From: Polyangiales bacterium
GTDB taxonomy: Bacteria; Myxococcota_A; Polyangia; Polyangiales; Houyiibacteriaceae
Assembly: GCA_041576815.1 (NCBI GenBank)
Contig: JBFGKE010000007.1
Location: forward strand, 43,311-107,310
Direction: 5' to 3'
DNA length: 64,000 nucleotides
Shown here one piece after another: positions 8,924 to 18,394 of the stretch. Every line of letters begins with the position of its first letter. The first letter of the stretch is position 1. A program made the position numbers and the translations under genes. The notes beneath the pieces were generated by a model. That model was not told the origin of the DNA and did no database searches. It saw only the letters and a program-made list of their open reading frames with translations.

Positions 8924-11299
8924 TTGGCAAAACCAATGACGGATTCGATTTTTCCCGCTGGCGCCGAACCGATTCTTCCCATTCTGCCGCTTCGAAACTC
9001 CGTGTTGTTTCCCGCGACCGTGGTGCCGGTCAACGTGGGTCGAGCCCGATCGGTACGGCTCATCGAAGAGGCCTGCGGCCGCGAGCGCCCGGCGATTGGG
9101 GTGGTGACCCAGCACAAGCCGGAGGTCGAAGATCCGACGTTCGAGCAGGTTTATCACACTGGCACGATCGCGCGCGTTCTGAAGGTCATTCGCCTGAACT
9201 CCGGCCAGTACAGCGTCGTGCTCCAGGGCGTGAGCCGGATGCGCATCGAAGAGCCGCTCGGCCGACACCCGACTATGCGCGCGCGGGTGCACCGCTATCA
9301 CGAGGCACCCGCGGTCGACGTCGAGATCGAGGCGCTTGCCGCCCACCTGCGCGAGTCGGCGCGCCAGCTTCTTCACGACTTGCCGACCGCTTCGCGCGAA
9401 TCGCTCCACATCCTCGACAACGTCCGCGAGCCCGGCGCCCTCGCAGATCTGATCGAGTCCAACCTGCCGGTCTCGAACGAAGCCAAACAGGAAGTGCTGG
9501 AGACCCTCGACGTTCGCGAGCGCGTGCGCCTCGTGCTCGACCAGGTCAATCGGCAAAATGAGGTCCTTCGCGTCAAGCAAGAGATCTCGAGCATGGTCGA
9601 AGAGGAGATGTCGAGCTCGCAGCGCGAATACTTGCTCCGGCAGCAGGTCAAGGCGATCCGCCGAGAGCTCGGCGAAACCGACGTCGACGAGGACGACCTC
9701 GAGAACCTCCGCGAGCGAATCGCCCTCGGGCGGCTGCCGAGCGAGGCGGAGGCCGCCGCAAAGCGCGAGCTCCGGCGCATGGGCAACATGAACACGGCGA
9801 GCAGCGAGTACCAGGTCGCCCGAACGTACGTCGAGTGGCTCGCCGACCTTCCGTGGGCAAAGAGCACGCCGGACCGCCTCGACGTGCAGCAGGCGCGGCG
9901 GGTCCTCGACGAAGATCACTACGGGCTCGAAAAGCCCAAGCGCCGTATCGTGGAATACATCGCCGTACGCAAGCTACGCCGCGACGGCCGCGCGCCGATT
10001 CTCTGCTTCGTCGGTCCGCCGGGCGTGGGCAAGACCTCGCTCGGCCGTTCGATCGCGCGTGCGTCGGGTCGTGCCTTCGTTCGCGTGTCGCTCGGCGGCG
10101 TATCGGACGAGGCCGAGGTTCGAGGGCACCGGCGCACGTATGTGGGCGCGTTTCCAGGGCGCATCATTTCGGGGCTCAAGAAGGCCGGCGCCAAGAACCC
10201 CGTCATGATCCTCGACGAGATCGACAAGCTCGGCCGCGACCAGCGTGGGGACCCGGCAAGCGCGCTCTTGGAGGTGCTCGACCCGGAGCAGAACCGCCAG
10301 TTCACCGACCACTACATCGACGCGCCCTTCGATCTCAGCAAGGTGATGTTCATCGCCACGGCCAACCAAAAGAGCACGATCCCCAGCCCGCTCCTCGACC
10401 GCATGGAGGTGATCGAGCTTCCCGGGTACACCCCGCGCGAAAAGCGCTCTATCGCCCGCGACTTCTTGATTCCCCGTCAGCTCAGCGAGCACGGGCTTTC
10501 TCCCCAACGACTCGATTTCTCGGACGAGGCGATCGACGTCATGGTCGACTCCTATACGCACGAGGCCGGAGTGCGAAAGCTCGAACAGCAGTCCGCCGCT
10601 GTCTGCCGCGCAATTGCAGTACGGCTTGCCGCCGGCGAGGACGTGTCGATCCTCGCGGACGCGCCTTTCATCGAAAGTGTGCTCGGAGCTGCCAAAGCGC
10701 GCCGGCAGGAGCCCGAGCGAACCGCCAGAGCAGGGGTAGCGACCGGAGTCGCCTGGACGCCGGCCGGCGGCGATCTCCTGTTCGTCGAAGCCACGCGCAT
10801 GCCCGGCACCGGAAAGCTGCACCTCACGGGCAACATGGGCGAGGTGCTGAAGGAGTCCGCTGCCGCCGCGTTCACCTTCGTGCGCGCGCGGGCAGCCGAC
10901 CTCGGGCTCGACGCCGAGTTCGTCAACCATACCGACATTCACGTGCACCTTCCCGCAGGGGCAGTCCCTAAGGATGGTGCGGCGGCCGGGATCCCGCTCT
11001 ACGTGGCCCTCGCCTCGCTGCTCACCGAGCGCAAGGTGCGGCCTGATGTCGCGATGAGCGGGGAGATTACGCTGCGTGGCAACGTGCTCAAGGTCGGCGG
11101 CATCAAGGAAAAGTGCCTGGCGGCCCATCGCGCCGGGGTCTCGCGTATCCTACTCCCGAAGCGAAACGAGCCCGATCTCGAGGAGGTGCCGGAGGAGGTG
11201 CTCCAAGACTTGGAGATCTGCCTGGTCTCGAAGGTCGACGAGGTGCTCGGCCTCGTGGCCGACTCGGGATCCGCGGATTCACCGGCAGCCGCGGAATAG
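8924..11299 (+). CDS. lon: Lon-family AAA+ protein with protease-site Ser->Ala substitution
   Basis: Lon N-domain [23 protein letters not shown]. Walker [10 protein letters not shown], Walker [10 protein letters not shown]. The protease domain reads PKDGAAAG where Lon has PKDGPSAG, and VGGIKEK is retained. Confidence 0.9.
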   Translation: MAKPMTDSIFPAGAEPILPILPLRNSVLFPATVVPVNVGRARSVRLIEEACGRERPAIGVVTQHKPEVEDPTFEQVYHTGTIARVLKVIRLNSGQYSVVLQGVSRMRIEEPLGRHPTMRARVHRYHEAPAVDVEIEALAAHLRESARQLLHDLPTASRESLHILDNVREPGALADLIESNLPVSNEAKQEVLETLDVRERVRLVLDQVNRQNEVLRVKQEISSMVEEEMSSSQREYLLRQQVKAIRRELGETDVDEDDLENLRERIALGRLPSEAEAAAKRELRRMGNMNTASSEYQVARTYVEWLADLPWAKSTPDRLDVQQARRVLDEDHYGLEKPKRRIVEYIAVRKLRRDGRAPILCFVGPPGVGKTSLGRSIARASGRAFVRVSLGGVSDEAEVRGHRRTYVGAFPGRIISGLKKAGAKNPVMILDEIDKLGRDQRGDPASALLEVLDPEQNRQFTDHYIDAPFDLSKVMFIATANQKSTIPSPLLDRMEVIELPGYTPREKRSIARDFLIPRQLSEHGLSPQRLDFSDEAIDVMVDSYTHEAGVRKLEQQSAAVCRAIAVRLAAGEDVSILADAPFIESVLGAAKARRQEPERTARAGVATGVAWTPAGGDLLFVEATRMPGTGKLHLTGNMGEVLKESAAAAFTFVRARAADLGLDAEFVNHTDIHVHLPAGAVPKDGAAAGIPLYVALASLLTERKVRPDVAMSGEITLRGNVLKVGGIKEKCLAAHRAGVSRILLPKRNEPDLEEVPEEVLQDLEICLVSKVDEVLGLVADSGSADSPAAAE

Positions 11300-11302
11300 T
11301 CC

Positions 11303-13591
11303 GTGCTCAGGCTATTTACTTTTTGGCTGAGCGCTGCGGTTGCCGCGATCGTGGGTGTCGCCCTCGCGTTCGTCCCCCTACTCGCGGTGCACGGGGTCGA
11401 AAGCGCGCTCGTCTTGGGGGTGCTGCTCCCGCCGTTCGTAGCCGCAACGGCCGCGAGCCTCACCGAGAGGAACTGGGGCGCGCGCGGACTCGACTTGATG
11501 CTGCGCGCGATTGGCGCCGGCTTGGCGATTTGGGCCATCCCGGTCGCACTGCTGGCGCTCGGCTCCTTGCGGGTGAGGCAGTGCGCGCCGGGCGAAGGCC
11601 TCGCGTTCATGATTCTCGGTCCCGGCGTCGGATGCATTCTCGCGGCGTGCGCGGGCGTGTGGACGGCCGGCATCGTGAGCAGGCCGCGTCTTTCGCCGTG
11701 GCTTGCTGCGTCGGTTCCGGTCGCCGCGGCGTTGCTCGGGCTTTGGACCTTTTACGCAACACCAACGGTATACGTGTTCGGCGCGTTTGCCGGCTACTTC
11801 CCGGGCGCGATCTACGACGACCTGGTCCGGATCCCGGACCGCTATCTCACGTATCGTGCTGCGATGCTGATCGCAGCGCTTGCGCTCGCGCTGTCCTTCG
11901 ACGCGCTGTGGGAGCCCACGGAGGGGCGGCTCGCTCCGAAAACCCGCGGGCGCCTCCGAATCGGAACCCTCGTCGTCGCGCTGGCCGCGCTTTGCATCGT
12001 GGGAGCTTCGTATTGGCACGGCGATCACCTCGGCCATTGGGTCACCGATGCAACCTTGATCGAGCGTCTTGGCAAGACCGAGCGCGGGGAACACTGCGTG
12101 ATGCACATGCCCCGCGAAACCCTCCCAGAAGACGCCGCGCGAATCCTCGAAGACTGTGATTTCAACGTGGCGCGCACCCGCGCACTTGCCGGGCTTTCGT
12201 CGACGGAGCCGGTCACGGTCTATTTGTTCCGCAATCAAGACGAGAAAAAAGATCTGATCGGCGTCGGCCGAACGCTGATCGCCAAGCCGTGGCGTGGAGA
12301 GATCTATCTCCAGCGCGCCGGCTGGCCGCACCGTATCTTGAGCCACGAGATCGTACACGCGGTGCTGCAAGAGGTCGGGCGCGGACCGTTTGCGATCTCC
12401 GGGACACTCGGAGGGCTGGTACCGAACCCGGGGCTCATCGAAGGCGCAGCCACCGCGCTCGCTTGGGACGTGCGGGACGACCTCGACCCCGACCAATGGT
12501 CGCGGATCATGCTCGACCGCAGTGAGCTGCCGGAGGCGTCGCGCCTGATGAGCCTCCGCTTCAGCTCGCTCCCCGCGCGACGCGCCTACATGGCCGCGGG
12601 CTCGATCACGCGGTTTCTGATGGCGACGCGTGGAATGGAGGCCTTCCTCGAGGCGTATCGACAGGGCCATATCGATCGGCTTCCCGAGCTCGAGCGCGCC
12701 TGGCACGAGTACCTTCGGGGCATCGACGTCAGCCCGCACGAACGGGGCGTCGCCGAGGTCGCCCTTGCCCAGCCGAGCATCTTCACGGCCGTCTGTCCGC
12801 ATGAGCTGGCAAAGCTCCGGACCGACCTCTTTGGTGACCTCGCCGCACGCGATGACGGCCGCACGATCGAGACCTGCCGCGCGATCCTCGACATCGACCG
12901 CAACGAGGCCCAAGCACGGGCCGCGCTGGTCGGCGCGCTCGCCCGCAACGGAAGCGAGGCGGCCGCGCGGAAGGAGCTCGACTCGCTTCGGGCTGCGATG
13001 AACGCGCCCAAACCGATCGTAGCCGCTGCGCTCGAGCAATACGCCGACGCGCGCTGGACGCTTGGCCACCTGGACGAGGCGGAATTGCTCTACGACGAGC
13101 TGCTCTCGATTCCAAGAACCGACACGCCCGCACGGCAAAGCGAGGTGAAGAAGATCGGCCTCGCCGCGAGTGCCGAAGAGCGTGAGCTGATCTACGAAAT
13201 GCTCCTCGGCCGCTCACCAAGCCCGGTGGTCGTCCACCTCGCCCACGCGCTCAGCGCTCTTCGGGAAGACGGTCTCGGCCCGTATCTCGAGGCGCGCCAG
13301 CTTTTGGGTCAGCACCGCTTTGCGCGCGCCCTTCCCTTGCTCGAAGACGCCGCGGCACGTGGCCTTCCCACCCGGCGGCTCGACCGGGAGCTTGGTCGTC
13401 TGATCGGCGTCGCGCTGTTCGCGCTCGGCCGGTACGAGGACTCGGCCGCAGCGTGGCGGGCCCACGCATCAGGGAGCCGCGCTGCCCAGGCAGAGAGCGA
13501 GCGCTGGCTCGAGCGCATCGAATACGCGGAAACGAGCGGGGTCAGTCCGGCGTTGCCAGGTCCATCGTCGGCTCCCCGAGCTGCGCCTTGA
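11303..13591 (+). CDS. Polytopic membrane protein with HExxH metallopeptidase-like core and C-terminal TPR-like region
   Basis: GTG start 3 nt after the Lon stop. The N-terminal ~330 aa are strongly hydrophobic (multiple TM segments). HEIVH at 12344-12358 is followed by [11 protein letters not shown] (Peptidase_MA-like). The C-terminus is helical-repeat. Confidence 0.7.
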   Translation: MLRLFTFWLSAAVAAIVGVALAFVPLLAVHGVESALVLGVLLPPFVAATAASLTERNWGARGLDLMLRAIGAGLAIWAIPVALLALGSLRVRQCAPGEGLAFMILGPGVGCILAACAGVWTAGIVSRPRLSPWLAASVPVAAALLGLWTFYATPTVYVFGAFAGYFPGAIYDDLVRIPDRYLTYRAAMLIAALALALSFDALWEPTEGRLAPKTRGRLRIGTLVVALAALCIVGASYWHGDHLGHWVTDATLIERLGKTERGEHCVMHMPRETLPEDAARILEDCDFNVARTRALAGLSSTEPVTVYLFRNQDEKKDLIGVGRTLIAKPWRGEIYLQRAGWPHRILSHEIVHAVLQEVGRGPFAISGTLGGLVPNPGLIEGAATALAWDVRDDLDPDQWSRIMLDRSELPEASRLMSLRFSSLPARRAYMAAGSITRFLMATRGMEAFLEAYRQGHIDRLPELERAWHEYLRGIDVSPHERGVAEVALAQPSIFTAVCPHELAKLRTDLFGDLAARDDGRTIETCRAILDIDRNEAQARAALVGALARNGSEAAARKELDSLRAAMNAPKPIVAAALEQYADARWTLGHLDEAELLYDELLSIPRTDTPARQSEVKKIGLAASAEERELIYEMLLGRSPSPVVVHLAHALSALREDGLGPYLEARQLLGQHRFARALPLLEDAAARGLPTRRLDRELGRLIGVALFALGRYEDSAAAWRAHASGSRAAQAESERWLERIEYAETSGVSPALPGPSSAPRAAP

Positions 13592-14408
13592 CGTGCGCAG
13601 CAATCGAGCAGTCCGCGGTCACGATCGGATCGCCCTCCGCATTCGCGGAATCCGACTTCGGACCGATCTGACTTCGTACGGTGATCAGCCGGCCCCGGTT
13701 TTCGGTGCGCGAGCGGAGCACCAGCGCGTCGGTTGCGAGGTCCCAGAGAAACACATCGACCGGATCGTGAAGCCGACTCTTGCCCTGCACGACGAGGAGC
13801 AGAAAGTAGTCTGCAGGGACGCGCGCCTCGAGCTCGGGAAGCTGACGTTCGATCGCGCGTCGGAGCTGCTCCTCCCGCACGGACAGGCGCCGCATGTCGT
13901 TGGTCTCGTCGGCCCGAGCGAGCCACTTTGCCGTCAGCACCTCGGGCACGTCCGAAAGGGCGTCGAGTGGAATGACCTCGAGCCCGAGGCAGGCGCCGAT
14001 CGCGTCCTCGTCCTCTGCTTGAATGGCCGCTTGGAGCGTCTCTTCGGAGCGGAGGTCGGACGCCGGGACCTTGAGATAGATCACCTTCTCCTCGTGCAGG
14101 GCGGACGGCCGCACCCCGTCTTCCACCAGGCGATTCGCGGCGCCTGATTTCGCGTCGAGCGTCTTTTGCACGAGGTCGCGACGCGTCGTCTCCAGGCTCG
14201 TGAGAACCGGCGCGACCCGCTCGGCGTGGAGAGCCTGGATGCGCGTGCGGAGCTGGTCGGCTCTCACCTTCTGACGCCAGAGGTATCCCCCGACGAGGAG
14301 AGCGGTGACGAGCGCGACCCATCCAATTCGCCGCCACGGCAGTCGCGGGCGGTATCGGTTGCGCGGAGCGCCTTCGAACTCGGCAGGCGTGAGCTCGGAC
14401 GGCTCCAT
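13542..14408 (-). CDS. Single-pass membrane-anchored protein of unknown function, last gene of the exbB-exbD-exbD operon
   Basis: Starts 10 nt downstream of exbD. Basic N-tail plus TM IGWVALVTALLVGGYLW. No Pro-rich spacer or TonB C-terminal motif recognised. Preferred over the overlapping Arg-rich ORF 13309..14337. Confidence 0.55.
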   Translation of the reverse strand: MEPSELTPAEFEGAPRNRYRPRLPWRRIGWVALVTALLVGGYLWRQKVRADQLRTRIQALHAERVAPVLTSLETTRRDLVQKTLDAKSGAANRLVEDGVRPSALHEEKVIYLKVPASDLRSEETLQAAIQAEDEDAIGACLGLEVIPLDALSDVPEVLTAKWLARADETNDMRRLSVREEQLRRAIERQLPELEARVPADYFLLLVVQGKSRLHDPVDVFLWDLATDALVLRSRTENRGRLITVRSQIGPKSDSANAEGDPIVTADCSIAAHVKAQLGEPTMDLATPD

Positions 14409-14418
14409 GGAGCGAAGC

Positions 14419-14958
14419 TTAGCGCTCTTCGCGCTGATTGACCGCGAAGCTGACGTTGCCGTAGCCCGCAGCGGCTGCGGAGAACATCACTTTCTTCACG
14501 ACGCGGAAATCGATGTTGCGGTCGGCCTGGACGATCACCTGACCCGCGAACGGCTCGGAGGGGTGGATCGTCTCCCACTTTCGCTTCTCGGCCTCGAGCC
14601 CCTGAATGAGCGGCTCGATGCGATCGACCTGCGCGGACTGCCCCTGCGTCTGCGTGTCGGCAACGCGGCTGCCGTCGAGCGTGATCACGCGCTCGTCGAC
14701 CGCGACGATCGGCGAGATCTCGATCTGCTCGGTGTGCTTCGCATCAGGCATCGTGATGGTCGGCTGCTGCGCGATGAGCTCGCCGGAGGCGGAGAACGAC
14801 ATCAGGAGGAAGATGACCAAAACGATGAGGAAGTCGATGAACGGAATGAGCGGAATCTGGTGGTCGACGGCTTTGCGGCCGTGCCCAGTTACGCGGTTCC
14901 GGACGAACTTGAGTGGAACGTGATGGAGAAGCTCTGGCTGTGGTCGCTTGATCGCCAT
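14419..14958 (-). CDS. exbD: ExbD/TolR-family biopolymer transport protein
   Basis: KAVDHQIPLIPFIDFLIVLVIFLLMSF is the TolR/ExbD TM segment with its conserved Asp. 8-nt gap to the upstream exbD. Confidence 0.85.
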   Translation of the reverse strand: MAIKRPQPELLHHVPLKFVRNRVTGHGRKAVDHQIPLIPFIDFLIVLVIFLLMSFSASGELIAQQPTITMPDAKHTEQIEISPIVAVDERVITLDGSRVADTQTQGQSAQVDRIEPLIQGLEAEKRKWETIHPSEPFAGQVIVQADRNIDFRVVKKVMFSAAAAGYGNVSFAVNQREER

Positions 14959-14966
14959 ATTCCCCC

Positions 14967-15458
14967 CTACAGGAACGCTGCTCCGTCGGCCATCGACAGA
15001 TTGGTGAAGCCAGCCGCCGCGGCGACATCCATTGCAATGATGACGTCCTCGTAGCGAACGCCGTCCTCGGGCGCGACGATCAGGTCATCGCGCTTGTCCC
15101 AAGCCTGCTTCCATTGGCCGAGCTTGTTTTGCAGCTCGTCGACGTCGAACTCTTTCTGGTCGGCGACGACGCGCTTGGTGATGTCGATGCTCTCCCCCGC
15201 GGAGGACCCGAGCACGTAGCCCGAGTTCCGCACCTGCAGGACGAGCTTCACTTTTTCGTCTTCTGGCGGGGCATCCTCGGTGGACGCCTGCCCCGGGACC
15301 TGCTGATTGGCGTTCATCGCGGCCAGCTGGTTCCAGACCGCGGTTGCCAGGAGGAACATGACGCAGCAAAGCAGCAGGTCGATGAACGGAATCAGGGGGA
15401 TCTCCTGATTGACCGCCTTCTTCCCAGACTCTCCTCCACCAGAATCGATTGCAGCCAT
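14967..15458 (-). CDS. exbD: ExbD/TolR-family biopolymer transport protein
   Basis: AVNQEIPLIPFIDLLLCCVMFLLATAVW TM segment with the conserved Asp. The C-terminal YEDVIIAMDVAAAAG block is typical of ExbD. Confidence 0.85.
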   Translation of the reverse strand: MAAIDSGGGESGKKAVNQEIPLIPFIDLLLCCVMFLLATAVWNQLAAMNANQQVPGQASTEDAPPEDEKVKLVLQVRNSGYVLGSSAGESIDITKRVVADQKEFDVDELQNKLGQWKQAWDKRDDLIVAPEDGVRYEDVIIAMDVAAAAGFTNLSMADGAAFL

Positions 15459-15466
15459 GAGGCTCG

Positions 15467-16117
15467 TTACTCCGCAGGAATGTTCTGGAGATCGACCTTC
15501 GAGCGGTTGCCCACGACCAGGTTCAGGACCTGCACGGTGGCCGCATTGATGTCATCGATGATCTTCTGGGTCTTGCCATTCAGTAGCCCCATCATGAGGA
15601 GCGCGAAGACCGCGGTGATCAGACCGAACGCGGTGCAGTTCATGGCTTCCTCGATACCCTTCGCCAAGCCCGTGGCCTTGCTGGCGGCGTCGGCCTTGGC
15701 CACCTCGCCGAACGCCGTGATCAGACCGACGACCGTGCCGAAGAGACCGCAGAGCATGCCAACGTTGGCCAGCAGACCGAGATACGGCGTGCGGCGCTCG
15801 ATCAGCGGAAGCTCCTTGAGCGCGGCTTCATCCATGGCGGCTTGAACCTCGGCATCAGGGCGGTTCACTTTGAGCAAACCCTGCTTGACGATGCGCGCCA
15901 GCGGGTTGTGCTCGGCTGAGCAAACCTTGATCGCACCGGCGACGTCGCCGGAGGTGATGCACTTCTGCATTTTGGCGATGAACTCGTCCTTATCGATCGA
16001 CGCCTTGTACAGATACATCGCGCGCTCGATCGTGAAGCCGATTGCAAACACCAGACAAACGAGGATGAGCCACATCGCCCATCCGCCTGCTTCAAAGTGG
16101 TATGCCAACTTGGCCAT
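15467..16117 (-). CDS. exbB: MotA/TolQ/ExbB proton-channel protein
   Basis: AGGAGG SD before ATG 16117. WAMWLILVCLVFAIGFTIER first TM, and LANVGMLCGLFGTVVGLITAF...AMNCTAFGLITAV are the TolQ/ExbB channel helices. Confidence 0.9.
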   Translation of the reverse strand: MAKLAYHFEAGGWAMWLILVCLVFAIGFTIERAMYLYKASIDKDEFIAKMQKCITSGDVAGAIKVCSAEHNPLARIVKQGLLKVNRPDAEVQAAMDEAALKELPLIERRTPYLGLLANVGMLCGLFGTVVGLITAFGEVAKADAASKATGLAKGIEEAMNCTAFGLITAVFALLMMGLLNGKTQKIIDDINAATVQVLNLVVGNRSKVDLQNIPAE

Positions 16118-16369
16118 TTTTTCCTGCCTCCTGCGAACTTTACTTTGGCAGTGTTACCGGACCCCGAGTGAGTACGGTGCGATCCCCACCACTGCCTTCT
16201 GACTAAAACTCGCTGCTCCCCCCAGAACAGTAAGCAATTCCAAGGCTTGCTTACTACCTAGGGATGATAACGGTTGGATCCAGCAAGTCAATATCGTGCC
16301 CGATTCAGCTCCTTAGAAACCCGGACTTCCCCGAGCTTGGGTCCGAAGGCGGAAAAAGGTGTAGCCGCG

Positions 16370-16399
16370 TTGACAAGTTTGCTGGGCGTGCGGTAGCTT
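16370..16399 (+). promoter_or_regulatory. Candidate sigma70-type promoter for the plus-strand exbB operon
   Basis: Perfect TTGACA at 16370-16375, then a 17/18-nt spacer and GTAGCT/TAGCTT (16393-16399). About 150 nt upstream of ATG 16548. The -10 element is weak. Confidence 0.25.
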
Positions 16400-16547
16400 G
16401 CCCTCGGTTACGGGGTTCGCCCCGACAGTCCTAATGATTTCAACGGATTCCGGCTCGCTGGGTCCGAATTTCACTAGGGCTGAAGGGTCGCGAAAAAAGA
16501 GGGGTCATCTCGCCAGATTCAGGGGCGAGCCGGAGGGAGCCGCAAGC

Positions 16548-17180
16548 ATGCATGAAATCTGGGAGGCACTGGTCGAGGGTGCTCCGTTTTCGTTCATCAA
16601 TCTCGGGGTTTTAGCGTTTGGGGTGGGCGTGATCATCGACCGCGCCTGGTACATCCGGATGAACTACAGCGTCGACGCCGCCGAATTCATGAATCGGATT
16701 CGAAAGCTCGTGCAGGCCGGGAACATCGATCGCGCGATCCGGCAGTGCGAGGCGAAAGCCGTGCCGCTGCTCGAGGTCGTGAAGTCGGGGCTCACGCAGG
16801 TCAACCGCGGGGAAGAAGCAGTCATCGCCTCGATGGAGGAGAAGATGAGCGAGGTGATACCCGCGCTGGAAAAACGCACCGGGTCGCTCTGGACGCTTGC
16901 GAACATCGCGACGCTGATCGGTCTTCTCGGAACGATCAGCGGTCTCATCCGAGCCTTCAAGGCGGTGGGCACCATCGATGACCCGTCGCAGAAGACGGCG
17001 CTTCTCTCGGCAGGTATCGCAGAGGCCATGTGGAATACGTTCCTCGGTCTTTTGATCGCCGTGATCTTCATGATTGCTCACCTCATCCTTCACGGGCTGA
17101 CCAAGCGTCACAAGCACGAGATGGAAAAGGTCACGATGCAGCTCGAGAACCTGCTCACGCTTCGACGCACGGGTAGCTGA
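16548..17180 (+). CDS. exbB: MotA/TolQ/ExbB proton-channel protein (second copy)
   Basis: GGAGGGAG (16532-16539) precedes ATG 16548. FINLGVLAFGVGVIIDRAWY and LANIATLIGLLGTISGLIRAF...AMWNTFLGLLIAV are paralogous to the divergent exbB. The track start at 16398 was rejected. Confidence 0.9.
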   Translation: MHEIWEALVEGAPFSFINLGVLAFGVGVIIDRAWYIRMNYSVDAAEFMNRIRKLVQAGNIDRAIRQCEAKAVPLLEVVKSGLTQVNRGEEAVIASMEEKMSEVIPALEKRTGSLWTLANIATLIGLLGTISGLIRAFKAVGTIDDPSQKTALLSAGIAEAMWNTFLGLLIAVIFMIAHLILHGLTKRHKHEMEKVTMQLENLLTLRRTGS

Positions 17181-17192
17181 CCGGGCTCGGCC

Positions 17193-17750
17193 ATGCCCGC
17201 GCGACTGACACCCCGCCAACGAGCCTACGTCCGGAAGCGAACGATCATTCCGGACGCCGACCCGTCGGAGCTGAGTGAAGAGCTCAACATCGTGCCGTTC
17301 TTGGACATCGTCGTGAACATCGTCATGTTCCTGCTGATGACCCTGACGACGATCGCCTTCTTTTCCCAGGTCGAGGCGGCCCTTCCCGAGTATCGAAAGG
17401 GGGGCATCGGCAAGCGTGCCGCCGACGATGAGGCGCTCAACCTCAACGTGACCGTGACGCGGGCGGGGGTGATCGTCTCCGGGTCCGGCGGCAAGCTCGC
17501 GCGTGGTTGCACGACGACAGCACCGGGCAAAGTGATCACGGTGCCCGCGGGGATGAACGGCGAGCACGATTGGAAAGGGCTCACGACCTGCGTGAGTCGG
17601 GTCAAGGAGCAGTTCGAGGACGAGACGCGCGTGACGCTGAGCGCCGACCCCGAGGTCGCCTATGAAGAGTTGATCGCAGCGATGGACGCCGTGCGCGGCT
17701 CCGAGAACGAGCTCTTCCCGGATGTGTTGTTGTCGGCGGGGATTCGATAG
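17193..17750 (+). CDS. exbD: ExbD/TolR-family protein
   Basis: ELNIVPFLDIVVNIVMFLLMTL TM segment with the conserved Asp. C-terminal YEELIAAMDAVRG. 12 nt after exbB. Confidence 0.85.
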   Translation: MPARLTPRQRAYVRKRTIIPDADPSELSEELNIVPFLDIVVNIVMFLLMTLTTIAFFSQVEAALPEYRKGGIGKRAADDEALNLNVTVTRAGVIVSGSGGKLARGCTTTAPGKVITVPAGMNGEHDWKGLTTCVSRVKEQFEDETRVTLSADPEVAYEELIAAMDAVRGSENELFPDVLLSAGIR

Positions 17751-18352
17751 TGGCGGACGAGAAGACACCCGTCGTGAGAGATTCGCTGGCGCCGCCGGTG
17801 GCCGAAAAGCCCGTGTCGATGTCGCACGTCAACCGGGTCGTTCGCGCGAAGCTCCGGAGGCGGCCCGAGCCCGAGCACTTCGGGCTGAACATCTACCCCA
17901 TGATGGACATGCTGACGATCTTGCTCGTGTATATGATGGCGATTTTCGCGACGTCGACGGCGGCCGCGGTCCAGGAGAGCAGCGAGCTCCGAATCCCCTA
18001 CTCCACGTCCAAGGTCGAGCTCAGCGATGCGCTCTCGGTGCAGATCTCGCGAAGCGGCGTCGCGGTCGACGGCGAGCCGGTGCTCGAGCTTCGAAACGGC
18101 ATCGTCGACCCGAGCCTCAAGCAGGGCGGCAGCAGCGGCTTCTTGATCACGCCGCTCTACAAGACGCTCGGCGAAATCCGCGACCGCAAGAAGCGGACCG
18201 CCCAACGCTTCACCAATCAGCCTTTCGTGGGCGACGTCCAAATCATCGCTGACAAGCGCACGCCTTATCGAACCTTGAGCGAGGTCATCTACACGCTCGG
18301 ACAAACCGAGTTCAAGAATCTCCGGTTCGTGGTGAATAAGAAGAACGAGTAG
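17750..18352 (+). CDS. exbD: ExbD/TolR-family protein
   Basis: GTG start overlaps the upstream TAG by 1 nt (TAGTG). LNIYPMMDMLTILLVYMMAIF TM segment with Asp. C-terminal YRTLSEVIYTLGQ. Confidence 0.8.
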   Translation: MADEKTPVVRDSLAPPVAEKPVSMSHVNRVVRAKLRRRPEPEHFGLNIYPMMDMLTILLVYMMAIFATSTAAAVQESSELRIPYSTSKVELSDALSVQISRSGVAVDGEPVLELRNGIVDPSLKQGGSSGFLITPLYKTLGEIRDRKKRTAQRFTNQPFVGDVQIIADKRTPYRTLSEVIYTLGQTEFKNLRFVVNKKNE

Positions 18353-18394
18353 TAGGGGCTGCCCAACACGTTCAGCAGTCCACCCGCGGCAGCC

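Noticed and set aside
16261-16275. GGGATGATAACGGTT, a partial Fur-box-like half site in the exbB divergent spacer
   Set aside because: Only ~7 contiguous matches (ATGATAA) to the 19-bp Fur consensus and no second half site. This is too weak to call.
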